A stretch of DNA of 64,000 nt from the human T2T-CHM13v2.0 reference genome, Homo sapiens, in assembly GCF_009914755.1 (NCBI RefSeq), contig NC_060932.1; one strand, 5' to 3'. The translations under genes and the position numbers were made by a program. The notes under the pieces are model-generated. The model had not been told where the DNA came from. It saw only the letters and a program-made list of their open reading frames with translations, and did no database searches. Shown here one piece after another: positions 28,641 to 43,500 of this stretch; position 1 is the first letter of the stretch; every line of letters begins with the position of its first letter.

Positions 28641-31600
28641 CATTATGATTGTGATTGCTAATTGCAAAAGACATTTGCAGTTTCTGTACTCCAAAAATTG
28701 GTCTCCTTCCTATGGCGGATGGTATTCCTTAACCATTATCTGTACACCATCTGCTCTAGTTCTTTAATACAAATTAGCTTATTTTAAGCAATCCATATAT
28801 TTGCAAAGTGACTGAACAGTCAGGAAATTAGTCTACATCTGTGAAATAGAATAAACTAATGGTACAAAGTAAATTTCTCAATTGGCTTTTTAAATTTTAG
28901 CTATTTGAAAATCACACAAACTTCAAGTGTGCCTTTTTGTCCAATAATAGTTTATACTTATATGATTACTATGTGATTTGGTCACTAACAAAGTACCTTT
29001 CATTATTAAGACAACTTAATTATTACACCACTTACTTTGCTCATTTCTAAAAGACCACACAGAAAATATTATAATTCCTCATGGCTTCATAATAAAGATA
29101 GGGTAAACATACATAAACTGTGTGTGTATGTATACCAACCTGTAAAATAAAAATTACCGGTAAACACTGACATGAGAAGAAAAACAAGAATATTCATCCT
29201 TTTCCACTGATAGCTATGAACCCAAAATTAAGAAAAAGATTACAAAATTATATAAAATTTCCTGGAGCTGCACTTTTTAAAGGACTGTATCAAGAATGAG
29301 AAGATGGCATAAGGCGGAAATACACGTTTGTGAAATAGACATTGTCTTGCAACACATTTTTTTTGGATCAAGAAGATCCCAAATGTAATTCAAGGACTAA
29401 AAAATGCTTCCAACTAGCAGACAACGCTTTTTTAATCTTCATTTAGTTCCAATAAAGTAATGTATATTGTGTTGTATTTACTCTGCAGATGATCACCATC
29501 CATTTTACACCCTCCACCTCCCCTCCCATAACTTTTACACACACTTCCCACCCCATCCAAAGCAAACCAAGAAAAGGATAAAATCCCTTAATTAAAAAAA
29601 TAAAATAAAACATAATCTTACGTCCTGATTATTTTAAAGCACTGAATTACTGCCATTTTGCTTAATTTCTTTTCAAATCATTTGTATCTGAGTGTGACTA
29701 ACACATGGTACTTACAATATAAAAAGACTTAAAATATCAGATTTTAATAATCCTTAGGTGGCTTTATGCAAAGCAGATGTTCTATTATGCTTTCCAGATG
29801 CTAGCTGAAAGCACAATTAATTAAAGACAGTGCTTACATATCATTTTAGTACATTTCAGTACATAGTTAAAACTATGTTAAAGAAAAGAGAGACTGAGCA
29901 AAAGCCAGCACTGCTTAACTGCAAAGAGAATTGCCAAGAAAGAGTAAGTTCACGTGTCTTATGCCAACAATAGGCAGAACTAAAAAGCAACTGTAACCAA
30001 ACTAAGAAGCGCTTGCTTGGCACATTGTGATGGCACTAAGAATGATAAATACCAACTTTGTTCACAGCTTTGCACACTGCATGCCTTGGGTGAGGTTTCA
30101 ACACAGTTATTAGTTATTCCAGAAATCTTCGGCCAATTTAGGATGCAAATTAACACTTTAGGAATGCAATAACTTGATAAAACTCAGATCAAATGATTTT
30201 TATCCGGTTTGCTAGAGAAGACAACTTTTACATTTCAAGCAACATTGCTTTTCTATGTTCATCTTACTCTTTCAGGATATCATATTCCATTTTATTAAGT
30301 GCTACCTTGCCTTTGTGTGCTCTACAAATTTTCTCCGATATTTAAACTCTATGAGCACTGAGTACTCAATAAGTTCAAAGGCCTGTATTGGGGGAGGGAG
30401 GAATAAACTAGCCAGAGCCCCCTAATCAGAGATAAGTCTTTATTCAGAGACTATCAAAGCCTAATCATCAAATTCAGTACCTAATTTACCAAGACTTCTG
30501 GTTATACAAATTGAATTTACCTTAGTTATCACAATCTCTATCACACTCAGTTTCCAGTAGCATTTTCTCAAGGTCAAGAACACAGGCAAGCTGTTGTTCA
30601 TGCATAAATTTAAAAAAACACCTCTTTCAGATCAACCAAATGGATATATATGAATCATTCTTTGTTTGCAAAGCATAGTGCTACCTCCTTACAAATAAAG
30701 CTAAGGTAATCAGAATTGGAAAATCAAATACGAAATAACTCATTAATCACCTATTCTCTAAATTTTGCCTTTCGGATTCTCTAGGAACATGCTATCCTTA
30801 CTTTCTAAACTGTAACAGAGGGAGAAGCCCATTCATTTTTACTCAAAACACAACATGAAGAGATTACCATTTATTTTTCTTTATGTGGTCACTTTCAGAT
30901 ATGTCTGTCTTTACAAAAATTGAAAAACTTAACTTGGTTTATTTGGTTAACTTAACCGATATAGAATCGTCAATATTCTACATTAACTACAAAATTATAA
31001 TTCCACATAGTCCAGCCTATAGAACCCGACTTTGTAACTTGAACATACTGTTTCATAACATCAGTAGTCTGAAAACTTCTACATTTAAGTCAGTGGGATC
31101 TGATTATTTGTAACATTGATTTGTTGACTTTAAAATGATATTTCGTTTTTTTTAAAGCAAGATACAGAAAGATGGAAAATAAATATACAAAGTAAAAAGG
31201 GGATACTTTCCTCTAAAGTGAAAGTAAACTCACGTGATAAATTGGAGAAAACATCCTTTTCCTAAGCTCCAAGCTGATGTTCCTACAGATTTGTTTTTTA
31301 ACAGCCTACTTTCAGAACAGTTTCCTTTTGTCCATTGTGCAAGGGTTGGGAGGACGGAATACAACAGATAGAAAGTGTGTACTGACCTCTCATCTTTGGG
31401 GACTAAATTTCAACTGAGTCCATAGATTCATGCCTTCTTAATTCATTACTACTGAACAGTGACCACATAAAATCACAAAAATTAGTCACTCAAGGTTAAC
31501 CAAAACCTTAGGACCACATGGGCACAAAACTGAATTCATCTTTTAAGTTCAGGAGACATCATTATCTTTCTGGGGGCCCAAAGGTGCATCTGACTAAAAA

Positions 31601-33207
31601 GATCACATTACGCCCACCCTGGCTGTACCTGCAGCCTGAAGATTAACAGATAAGTGAATGACTAGACAGTCAGGAAAACAATAAAAATTCTCTTCAGAAA
31701 AGATGAGGGAAAAAATGAGAATATTTTACCTAGCAAGCCTAATATTATTAAATTAGGATTTCTTAATGGATTAGGTTTTGCTTGGAAGTGGTAGTGGCCG
31801 CTCAGCAGGGACTGTTGAGAGAGTCCTGCTGAGTTCAGCACCTTGCCCTTGAACAAAAACAGTATCAAGTCATTCTATTAGCCCACACCCTGTAGGGTGC
31901 TGTCCACCCTGTAAAACACTGTGCAAAAATTGATCATCATTATATAGTCCTCTGATCACAAAGAACTTCATTGGAGATTCTCTACAGCAATATAGTTGAC
32001 ATTTTTATGGCAAGATTAATATTTTATAAGTGTCAAGTTGTCCTTTAGGATCAGCAAAATAAATTCTGAGGGTTGATTCTAATTCAACTCTAAACCATAT
32101 CCTCTTAGCTAACCCATTAGAACTCAACACTACCAGGCTTTCTCTAGTTCATTTGCTTATTTTACTTGTTTATTGTCTTTCTCTCCATCTCCTAAAAGGT
32201 AAACTCCAGGATGGACCTGATTATGATCTGTCTCATCCACGGCTGGCTCTATCTCTAGCACCTAAATAACCTCAGACACTGAGAACAACATGTAGTAAAT
32301 ATCGCTGAATTAATTAATTGGGTAATGAAAACTTTAGTACTAACACTAGTAATAACATCTGTCCACAGGAAAACACTATAATAAAGATGATTTCTTCTTT
32401 ATACTTATTATTTGTCCTTTCTCAATTCTGTTTTCTCCAACCTTACAAACTTTTTCCAAACTGGACAAATTATTTGTCAACAGTTTGCAGCTGGGCTATG
32501 AGTAATAAGAAAACATTCATAAAGCACTTTAAATTTCTGCCTTAAAGCATTATACGTAAGTAAAATAGGACATGTATGAGGGGCAACATATGCCAACTTG
32601 TATTATTCAAGAAATCAAACTTTTACTGGGTCTCTATGAGACAACAGTCACTTTCACACAAACTATTTTGATTAAACCTCACTAGATCCTCCAGGTGGAG
32701 AATGCGCTTCTAGGTTTACCAATTAGGAACAGTGCTTATACTGGTTGAGCCTATAGAGTAGCTATTATTTGAACATACTCTAATTCAGCATTTTGTCATA
32801 GCCTTGGTTTTTTCATATTTACTTTTCCATCCTAGCAGACACTTCAGTGCTGTGTTATTTTCCTATCCATACAGGGAATGTGCCTTCACAATGTGCTTTC
32901 ACAATGGGGAAGAACTTGCCTTCATATAAAGATCTACTCATCAAAGCCAGCAAAGCCTGATATTTAAGAGCCCAGGCTCTGGTTGTAGGCTGTTCACAAC
33001 TGGCTTCATCATTCATGGACAGAGTGACCTTGGGCTTAATACCTCTGTGTGTCAGTTGCCCCACCTGTAAAACAAAGATAATAAACAGTAAATTTCAACC
33101 ATTGCTAATAACAAAGTAGACCACTGTCATTGTTAGTAACACACTATACAACTTCTTCATTTCTTTTGCAGGTTTTAAAACATGTCACCAAGCCTTCCAT
33201 TTCTCTT

Positions 33208-33652
33208 CTTTTTTAAAAAAAAGTTGGAGTCAGGGGGTACATGTACAAGTTTTTTACCTGGGCATATTGCTTGATGCTGAAGTTTGAGGTGTGGGTGGTC
33301 CCCTCACCCAGTTAGTGAGCATAGTATCCAACAGGTGGTTTTTCAGCCCACGCTCCCCTCCCTCCTTTCCTGCTCTAGTAGGCTCCAGTGTCTATTGTTC
33401 CCATCTTTATTTCCATGTGTACTCAATTTTAGCTCCCAGTTATAAGTAAAAACATGCTATGTTTGGTTTTCTGTCCCTGTGTTAATTACCCTAGGATAAT
33501 TGCCTCCAGTTGCATCCATGTTGCTACAAAAGACAAGATTTTGTTCTTTTTATGGCTGTATAGTATTCCACGGTGAATATGTACCACATTTTCTTTAATC
33601 CACTGTTGATAGGCACCTAGGTTGATTCCATATCTTTGCTATTGTAAACAGC
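33208..33652 (-). mobile_element. L1 3' end (L1PA16/L1PB-like)
   Basis: cagggggtacatgtacaagttt...gctcccagttataagt...gtaccacattttcttt...ctttgctattgtaaacag. Confidence 0.85.
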
Positions 33653-33981
33653 CACGACTTCCATTTCAAGTAAGAAGTCCATTTTTGAGGAACTCCCTTT
33701 CTTGGAAATGAAAATGGTTTGGAATTTAGTAACAAAATCTGCCTAGAACTAGAGTAAGATTTAGAATATCTCACATATATGTATGGAAAAGAGAAATAAA
33801 AAAGAAAAGATTATAATATGAATGTTTCATAAAGATTGGCATGGCTTTAATCTTTCTTTTCTGTTCTATAAGTTTTTATAAGTTATGGAGACAAACCTAT
33901 CGGCATCAAAGTCAAAATGCTGAAAAGAGCTCATCTCTTTTTCTGACAGCTCTGTCACTCTAGCCTTTATCATATGAGATT

Positions 33982-34200
33982 TTTTTTAAATAACACATTT
34001 GTTGAGATGTTTCACATGCCCTACGATTCACCCATTTAAAAATGTGCAATTCAATAATTTTTAATATATTCCCACAGTTATGCAACCATCACCACAAACA
34101 ATTTCAGAATATTTTTATTGCTCCCCGCAAAAAACCTCATACCCATTTTCCCTCAACTTCCCCATCCCTAGACAACCAACAATTTACTTTCTGTCACTAT
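33982..34200 (-). mobile_element. Old L1 (L1MB/ME) 3' end fragment
   Basis: attcacccatttaaaaatgtgcaattca...tgcaaccatcacca...tttcagaatatttttattgctccc. Confidence 0.75.
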
Positions 34201-36478
34201 GAGACATTTTTAAATGACAGATTCAAAGGTTAAATTAATACATGAATTAAAAATTATATAACAGAAAAGTTTTGTAACTAAAACGTAAATCATTTCTTGA
34301 ATACTCAGAAATAAAAAATGTTAAAAATGTGTAAGAAATAAATGTTATAATCAACATGTACTTATATATCCTCTACTGTGGTGCTGACACTATAAAGGAG
34401 AGTAAGATGCTATGTATTCAGAAAGAATTTGAGAAAACGGGACATGAATAAATAAGAAGCACAGATAAAGTATCAGTGAAGAAGACCAAGACATGAGTTC
34501 TATGGGCACTCAAAAGAGGAAGGGGTCCCTGATGACTGTGGTAGACAATGAAAAGTAAATCAGGCAGTAAGGGATGGGAAAGACTGAGATAAGCAAAGAG
34601 AAGGGGGGCAGGAATTTTAATTTTCAACTACAGGTAAAACCTGTGCTTTGTTTATAATGCAAAGATTCCAAAAGAAGTCACCCAAATCACTCTGAGTTAT
34701 CAGAGTTACAATATATTTACATGAATATTAAATGGATCCATCCTATAACTTTTCTTAAAAAATTTTGGAAATAATTTTTAAATTAAATGATATCTGATCA
34801 GCTTGTTTTTTTTTGTTGTTCATTATAAAATGTCAAATTTTGCCATATGGATAAAGTTGCTATTTCTGAAATCAAAAGAATAAATATAAAAAAATGCAGA
34901 AAAAAACAAAAAAGATAACATACTGCAAAGAGACACACAAGCTTTTTAGAGTGGGAATTATGTTATGACTATGAAATGTACACTGTTTTAAACATACTTC
35001 TATATAAATCCATCCCCTCTGCCAGATCCTGAACTTCACTGGAGTCTTGAAGGGGGTCATTGAACAGAATCCGTCTTCCCTGCCTGCATTCTTAACAACT
35101 GAAAGATAAGACAAGGAATAGGGTTGGGAGAAGCCAAAATATTACCTTTATTACTGACAGAACGAGGCTGAAAGATGTGACTTACATCTGCAGGCAAATG
35201 TGATACCGAACTCTAGAATCTAAATCTCCAGATGGGTGGAAAGAGCCGCTGCTTAGAGGAACAGCTGAGAAGCCATGCCTTCAGCGTACACTTCACTCAG
35301 GAAGAAGAGGACGGCGGAGATAAGCATGCCCAGTTCTTTCTTCAAATGTATCAAGTAAATTAATCTACCTGCCCAGGGGCGAATAACTTGGTTGTCAAAC
35401 TTGAGTGCTCAACAAAATCACCTGGAGGGCCTTGTTAAACCACAGGGTTGCATTTCTGACAAGTGCCCAGGTGATCTTGATGTTACTGGGCTGGATGGTG
35501 GGGTGATGGCAAGAGCACAAATTGAGAACCAAGGCATAGCAAATGGTCAAGAGCATCACATTTCCTAAGAGTGAGAAGGAACTATCCTCCACAACAACTT
35601 CCACAATGGCGCCTGCTTATCCTGGTGGCATTCTTTTCCCTTCCTCCATTCATAATGGGTGCAGGGTCTGGTGCACAGAGGCAATAGTTTGCTGGATTGA
35701 ACTGAACACAAACGTTGCTTGACTTGTTCCAACTAAAATATGAAAACGATTTTTGAAAAAAATTAAAAAACGTCACTCTTGAACTTTCACCCATTTTTAA
35801 AACTAAACTTCATATGTGTTCATGTGAAGTTCTTGATTCTGATGCATCACTGATTCACCACTTCCTGGGGGCAGGCTGGATATGAAGTAGGAATGACTTG
35901 AGGCTACAATGCAGCAAACATGCCTATTTCTGTACAATTTTCCCCTGAAAGTACCAGGAACTCTTCCCCAAAGGGCATTTCCATCCCACTGTTTCTCAGG
36001 GGGATTTAGTAGTTTGAGTAAATGGGAAATTAAAACCAAGAGTTTGACTTTTCTGATATGACTCTAAACATTGGAAGGTTTACTTATCTTTCCTTATCTG
36101 GCAACTCCTTCTATTTATGCTCCCTTCCACTGCAGATAAATCCTTCATTCAACATTTCTAAATTATATTCAGACTTTTCACAGATAGAGAGAAAATTTTT
36201 ATTCTCCATTTTGCAGTGAGTCATATAAAAAGCAATTTAGGGTACATTAAATTAAGGAAGATCCAGCTAATAAGACTTCACCAACTTCAGATTCTGAAAA
36301 ATTTAAAGGAAACCAACGCCTGTAAGGAAGCAATTGTTATAATGGTAACATGAATCCAGAATCCAGAAATGATATAATTAACGCACTGGATTTTATAAAA
36401 TCAGAAAAGCTTACTGGCAGGAATTTGCAAGAAATATGGAAAGAGTCTGGAGCCCTCGAATTCTATGAACTACTCTTT

Positions 36479-36497
36479 GACTGCCCTCTATTGGCTA
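36479..36497 (-). promoter_or_regulatory. Candidate CTCF motif
   Basis: Minus strand reads AGCCAATAGAGGGCAGT; one mismatch to the CCASYAGRKGGCR core. Confidence 0.4.
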
Positions 36498-38198
36498 GAT
36501 TTCAGAGTGCTATTCAGACCGTGTAGTACTTGGTCTTAAGATTTTACGAGAAACATTCGCAGTGGGTTTTCAGAAAGCTTGTGTGATTCATTTTTTCCTA
36601 TATTTCTGTACAACCAAAATCAATGCCTTTAATCTATCTTTAAGCTTCGCTGATACAAATCTTGATTTTCGATTTGTACTTGTCACTCTAATAGATTTTC
36701 AATAATAATAATAATAAACTCATTGTACTCAGGAATGACCCCAAATGAGGAACCCAATATATTACATCTTCCGAGAAAAAGACTTCTCTTCTTGTAATTT
36801 AGTAAAAGACATGATTTTCTGAATGTAGGGCCTGTCACAAGGGCTGTAGATTTGACTTTTATAATTCCTTTTTTGCATGTCATTTTGTCATTCTATACCT
36901 CAGTGTATCTCTATTTATTGATAGCACCAAAACACAGACATGTGGCATCTTTTTAATTGGAAAATAATGTTGTTTTGTAAGGTTTCAAGGAACATCAGTG
37001 AGATAATGTCTTAAAAACTTGGAGGGCACTTGTGGAAGTTTAGATGTTCAATATGGGTTTAGTTTTTAAATGTCTTAAGTGGAAAACTATAATCCTTACA
37101 TCCTTAGTTTCTTGGCCTGTGAACTGATAGTACAGATGGGGACAGTTTAGATACAAAGAATATCTTATAAGCCAGGCCCCTGTGTCTCCTCTGTCCCCTT
37201 GTTACCAGGACTGAAATAGAATGACTGATGCTCCAAGGACACTCAGTGGCTGGTAGGGCAACCTATTCCTTCATCGAAATAAGCCTTCATCAAGGAATAG
37301 ACGATGTCACACAATAGAAGGCTGAAAATATCTCCACTTTTCATCAAGAGAGGAGGTTTCTAGGACAAAGTTTCAGTCCTACCCATTATAGGACAAGTTG
37401 TTTCTGCAGAATAAAACCCTAAGATTGTGCAAAGGATAGAACTTGCACTAGAAACTTGAGGGTCTAAAATGTTATTCAACTTTATATTCTCCAAATCTAA
37501 ATAAATCTGAGACTGAACGCACATCACATTGAGTTATCACGACATTAAGTTTTAGTCGTTATTATTTTGGGGGTTCTCCTACCCTAGGTTCAGATGAAGA
37601 TCCCAGTAATCTTGTGTGGGATAAAATATTTGGAATGGACCCTCCAATTATCCATCCTCCCTGATTCCCCTGACAGCAGCATCCAAGCCCACAGGTTCTG
37701 CTTTCACCCTGTCATACCATGGAGAGGGACCACAGGTACCCACTGTTCTCAGAACCTGCAGCCTTTCTCCCCCCTAGTCCTGGAAAATTTCCCCTTTCTA
37801 TACCTCCCAAACACCTCTTTCTCCTACCTCTCTGAATCACCCACAAAAATCTCCTTAATGAGTTCCAGCTTTCACTGCATCCAAAGATGAAGTACTGTCT
37901 TTAGCATCAGCTGGAAGGCTTGCCAAAGACCTCCTTGGAGGCAGATAAGCATCAAGGCAGGTAAAATGCAAAAAATTAAATAAAGCTTGGTTTCCATCCT
38001 TTCTGATTCCTCCACATCGATGAAATTAAAACTCACATTGTTACATCAACAAATCATTCTGCCATATTTTCAAAATCAGAGAAAATGAACAGAAATGAGA
38101 AAGATAGGAGGTTGAGAAACTGGAAGAAGATTTAAATAAGAGGCCCTCTTTCTCTGGGTATTTTTAATTCATGTTTAGCTTATTTATTTATTTATTTT

Positions 38199-38217
38199 TG
38201 CTGCCACCTGCTGGTGC
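38199..38217 (-). promoter_or_regulatory. Candidate CTCF motif
   Basis: Minus strand reads GCACCAGCAGGTGGCAGCA; full match to CCASYAGRKGGCRS, in non-repeat sequence. Confidence 0.55.
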
Positions 38218-38332
38218 ACACCGATTCCTAGTGCACTGAGCCAGTGAGAGAGAAAATTCATGCTTTAATTCACTGCAGCCTGCACAGATCCGTAAGGTTC
38301 AAAGATAAGCCCCTTCAGAAAATCAGTCTTAA

Positions 38333-38660
<328 letters not shown>

Positions 38661-39572
38661 ATAATGCTTTAAATACAAATACACTTGTAATATACTGGGG
38701 GAGAGGTCTTAGAGGAAAATGATGACGATTACAATACCGGAGGTCAGTAGGATGGAGCCAGAATGAAGCTAATATTTGGGAGGTTTTATAAATGCCTTGG
38801 GATGCAGTGCTTCTATGTTTGTAACATGGTCTTCTGGGCTCCTATAGTTATTCATGCAGTGACAGAAGATAAAGTAATCAGAGTATATTTAAGCTACTAA
38901 ATACATGTTCCACTGAAGACTTGCTCATCTCTTGCCCATTTTACTGTTTATCTAAAATGGCATCATCTAATGTTGATAGAATCTTATTTTTAAAAAAATG
39001 ATGAGCAACAGTATGTAGCCTAAAATCGCTCCAAAATGCCATCAGGAAACAAAATAATAAATTCTACAATTCTAAATTAATTAGACTCCATGCTACATAC
39101 AACAGCCTTAATATACAAGGATTGGCTTGATGTGATTCAGTGTATATTCTGGAATTAATATGCTGAGAGCTTTTCATCCAAAATTAAGAAAACCCCAGAA
39201 GATCCAATGCAGAGGTATGTTGTGTATATTCTTGACTATATATAGAATCAAATTCTAGGCTATAAGGTTTCTCAGGGTCCTGGATTCAGCATGGACTAAA
39301 ATATGTACTGACAGGATGGCATTATAGAAGGCCAGCATCCTGTAAGCCTCATCAGTCACTCTTGAGAGATTTCAGTTTCACAGAAAGAATCAGCCACTAC
39401 CGAAAACATTGCTGCTTACAGTTCAGGCTTAAGCAACTGTCTAAACATCACAAATTAAGACATATCTCAGGTCATGATGGAGTCATAGATACAGAGTTCA
39501 TGATAAAGTCATTCAACATTGCTAATTGAGTGAACAAAATGTGGCATTTAGAGAATACACCCAATAGACTAT

Positions 39573-39927
39573 TGATATTGTTTGGCTTTGTATCCCCACC
39601 TAAATCTCATCATGAATTGTAATCCCCAGGTGTTGAGGGAAGAGCCTGGTGGGAGGTGATTGGATCATGGGGTTAGTTTCCCCTATGCTGTTCTCGTGAT
39701 AGTAAGTGAGTTCTCACGAGATATGAAGGTTTTTTAAGTGTTTGGCAAGTTCCTCGTTTGCTTGCTTCTCTCTCCTGCCACCTCGGGAAGATGTGCCTGC
39801 TTTCCCTTCTGCCATGATTGTAAATTTTCTGAGGCCTCCCCAGCCACACAGAACTGTGAGTCAATTAAATCTCTTTTCTTCATAAATTTCCCAGTCTCGG
39901 GTAGCAGTGTGAGAACGGACTAATACA
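39573..39927 (+). mobile_element. MaLR solo LTR (MSTA/THE1D-like)
   Basis: tgatattgtttggctttgtatccccacc...gagaacggactaataca; TSD actat/actgt. Confidence 0.9.
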
Positions 39928-40454
39928 ACTGTATATTAGTAAACTTTTATTCACAAATGTCTCCCAACTTGAACTAGTTTAGAAAAAAATGGGAATTTGA
40001 TGGTTAATAGAATTCAACTGCAGTTTATAAAGCCAAGCCACAAGAAGATTGGGGATCTGGGTGGGCCTTCGAAATAGCTAAAATAAGGTCTTGGGTGCTT
40101 ACAGTGTTCATGAGGTATGCTTCTCAATTCATAACAGCTTTATCTATGGTCTATAACGTTTTCTTTCACAAGGAGACATTATTCCCTCTCCCAGGTTCTT
40201 AGCTTCCCATTTCCACCACTCCCGCCACTTACAATTCCTAGGGAAAAGCACTGATTACATTGAGTCAAGGGTCCACACCTGGACCAACCAGGTGTGGTGA
40301 GAGGAAGCATGGAGTAACAGTTTAGAGCAGGAAACCTGAATCCTAACTTCTCCAGGTGTGTCAGTTTCTTGATAAGGAGGGATACAATAATGCCTAGCTC
40401 TGAAGTTTATTGTGGAAATTAAGAGATACGATACGTAGTGCTTAAAACTGTGTC

Positions 40455-41100
40455 AAATGTCCATTGACAGATGAATGGATTTTTAAAATGTAGTGCCTAC
40501 ATATAACAGGATATTATTCTGCCTTAAAAAAGAAAAAAATCCTACCATTTGTAACAACATGGATGAACCTGGAGGACATTACACAAACTGAAATAAGCCA
40601 GTTACAAATGGCAAATACTGCATGATTGCACTTATATGAGCTATCTAAAATAGTCAACTCATCAGATAGTAGAATGATGGTTGCCAGGGGCTGGGGGAAA
40701 GGGGAAATGGGGAATTGTTGTTCAATGCGTATAAAGTTTCAGTTACACAAGACAAATAGTTCTGGAGGTCTGCTGTACAACATAATGCCTATAGTTAACA
40801 GTATGGTATTGTGCACTTAAATATTTGTGGAAAAAGTAGATCCCATATTAAGTGTTCTTAGCACAAAAAAAGAAAAGAGTAAACGGAAGAGAGGAAGGAA
40901 GAAAGGAGAGAAGGGAAGGGAAAGGAAGAAAGAAACACAAAGAGACACAAGGAAACTTGGGGGTGATAGATATATTTATTACCTTTATTGTGGTGATAGT
41001 ATAATGAGTGTATTCATATGTCCAAACTCAGCAAATTGTATACATTGAACATGTGCAATGTTTTCTGTATATCAATGATACCTCAGCAAAGTTGTTAACA
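40455..41100 (+). mobile_element. L1MB-like 3' end
   Basis: aaatgtccattgacagatgaatggat...caacatggatgaacctggaggacatt...atatcaatgatacctcagcaaag. Confidence 0.85.
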
Positions 41101-41154
41101 AAAACTATGACTGACACAGAATAAGCACATTTTAAGTGGTTGTTAGTATGCTAG

Positions 41155-41340
41155 AATGGCTGTTCTCAATCTTGGTCATATATTAGAATGATTCGGTCAA
41201 CTTTAAAAAATACTTGATGCCTTGGTCTCATCCCCAGATAATTGGTTTTGGGATGAGACCAAATGTAGACTCAGTATCAGATTTTTTAATGTGCTTTTCA
41301 GAAAATTCTAATGTGCTTCCAGGATTGAGAACTACTGCAC
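41155..41340. mobile_element. MER5-like DNA transposon relic
   Basis: gttctcaatcttgg...attctaatgtgcttccaggattgagaactactg. Confidence 0.65.
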
Positions 41341-42440
41341 TAAATCATAAGCTCTATGGATGGAGGGATTCTCTTTTGTCTACTCTTCAATTGTCAGTGC
41401 CTAAAACTATGCCTGGCACACAAAAGGTGCTCAGAAATATTTGCTGAATGAACTAATGATACAGCTATAGAAATGGCTACATCTAGTTAAATGGGGGCAG
41501 CTGCGTGTGTGTGTGTGGGTGTGTAAATGTGTACAGAGTGGCTGATAACATTTATGGGGCCAGGGTAAGACCAAGTGGAGCCCCCTATAGCATAGGTATT
41601 TATAAATATTTACTATAAATCAAGTTAATAAATGACTAAATAAAATAATTATTATTCTCCTCCCATAAAAAACAAGTCTTAGAGTTTCAAATATAAATTT
41701 GAAATTTTTGGACTCCTTCAAATTCCTCTCTAGAACATGGTAGGCTGGGGAGAGCCATTTGCTGACTCCTGGCCCTGCCCATGGCTGCTTATTTTGCTTC
41801 CCAATCCCATCTTTGTCTCTCACTTCAGGGATACCCAAATGTCTATACCCAGTTCTCACATCGAACTTCTTTCCACACATCCCACAAATAGCCATCAGGC
41901 CAGGTATGCACACACCAGCAGTACTGGCAGATAGACAAGGCAAAGAGAGAGGGGGTTGGGTCCATTTGGACGGGAAATCTAGATGCTCTCTAACTTGATG
42001 GGTATGCTAGGAAGAGTTGGGTGGGGCAATTGCATGAGCTCCAGATGGATACATCTTCTTAGCCCCATAAACTGCTAAGCATTATGGAATTGGCGTGACT
42101 GGAAGAGGGCCAAAATGAGGCCCTCTAAAGCATGGAGCTCAGGTTAGGGTCCCCAGGTTTAAGGTGGGCAGTATTTTGTGTGCTTATTTGTGTGTGTGTG
42201 TACATATGTGCATGTGCACACACTTGTAGTACAATTAGGAAAAATACTGGGCCCACTATAGAATGTAATACTCTATGTAACACAACTCTGTGTAGCTGCT
42301 AATGTAAGTTTTTTTCAAAACATTCAGGTATCTATCTCTTGCCTTATATCAAAATGTGCAAAGACATGCACATGCATGCTATATGGTCTTCCTTCAACCT
42401 GTTGGTGATTCCCCTTTGCATTTAGAAAAAAAAAATGTTA

Positions 42441-43069
42441 CAGGCAATGTGTATTCATCACAGCAGTTATTTTCTATAAAATCACCAGGAACACTCAATG
42501 AGTGAATACTAAGCCATTCTTCCTAAGCAAAATAAAAGGTTACATTCCTGCAAGCCTCTAGTCACAATATTTTCTTCAATTGATCAATATATAACATTAT
42601 GTATGTGTTTTCTTTTTAAAGACATCTTATTTAATACATATTGTTGATTGACACTGAAATCACAATCAACAGCACTATACCTCCTGCCTGAACAAAGCTT
42701 ATCTAACACATGTATTTTCTCCATAAGGCATATCACAACTTTCTTTCACATAAGAACCTTATGCAAGACTTTGGCCACTACATTTATGGCTCATTTTAAA
42801 CATGAAATCACCAAGAAAAAGGACAAAAATGTAAAAAACATGGCTTTAAATATACCTGAGAAGGGATCCTCATGTACAGTATGGGAGCTGAAATAAGAAG
42901 GAAAAGCATTGCCTTGTTCGACATTAGCTGGGAATATGCACATCAGGAGACCCAAAGACATGTCACCATATGATGGTGAAAACAATATAAGCATTGATTT
43001 GGGGGCTACAAATTTTAGCTAGTAGGCAAATTTGCAACTACAGGATTCATGAATAATGAAGATGAACTG
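42441..43069. mobile_element. Tigger4 (Zombi/MER46)-like Tc1-mariner DNA transposon, internally deleted
   Basis: TA|CAG start and CTG|TA end; ttctataaaatcaccaggaacactcaatgagtgaatactaagcc and gaataatgaagatgaactg match recalled Tigger4 termini. Confidence 0.8.
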
Positions 43070-43206
43070 TATTTAATATAATAAAGTCTAAAATCCTTAC
43101 CCTGGAATTCAAATTTCTCGATGAATTGGCTGCATTTTGTTTTTCCAGCTTTAACCTGAATCCTCACCAATTTTCCCCTCTTTACTCTCCACTCCCCTGC
43201 CTAGAT

Positions 43207-43500
43207 GACAGTGTGTACTCTGTCAAAGGCTAGACTTGAAAATGGCACCTTCCTGTAGACACTTAGGTGTCAGAAAGTGTGTGAGACCTAGTGAGAGCTC
43301 TCTCCTTGGAGTAGTTCCATCCCGTAGTCTCCTGGCTACTCCCTATGTTAGTTCCAGGGATCGGGAGGGCTGAGAAGCTCTCTTGTGGCCAGGATTACAT
43401 GATTCCATGGTAGGGATGTGGGCTGCTGGAAGTCTCTTACTTACCATTTAGCCACATTGGGAAGTCTTCCTGGCTTTCATCTGAACCTGGCCAGAAGGCT
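43207..43500 (-). repeat. Inverted local copy of L1 5'UTR segment 44852-45146
   Basis: Manual reverse-complement alignment: about 12 differences in about 295 bp. Confidence 0.95.
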
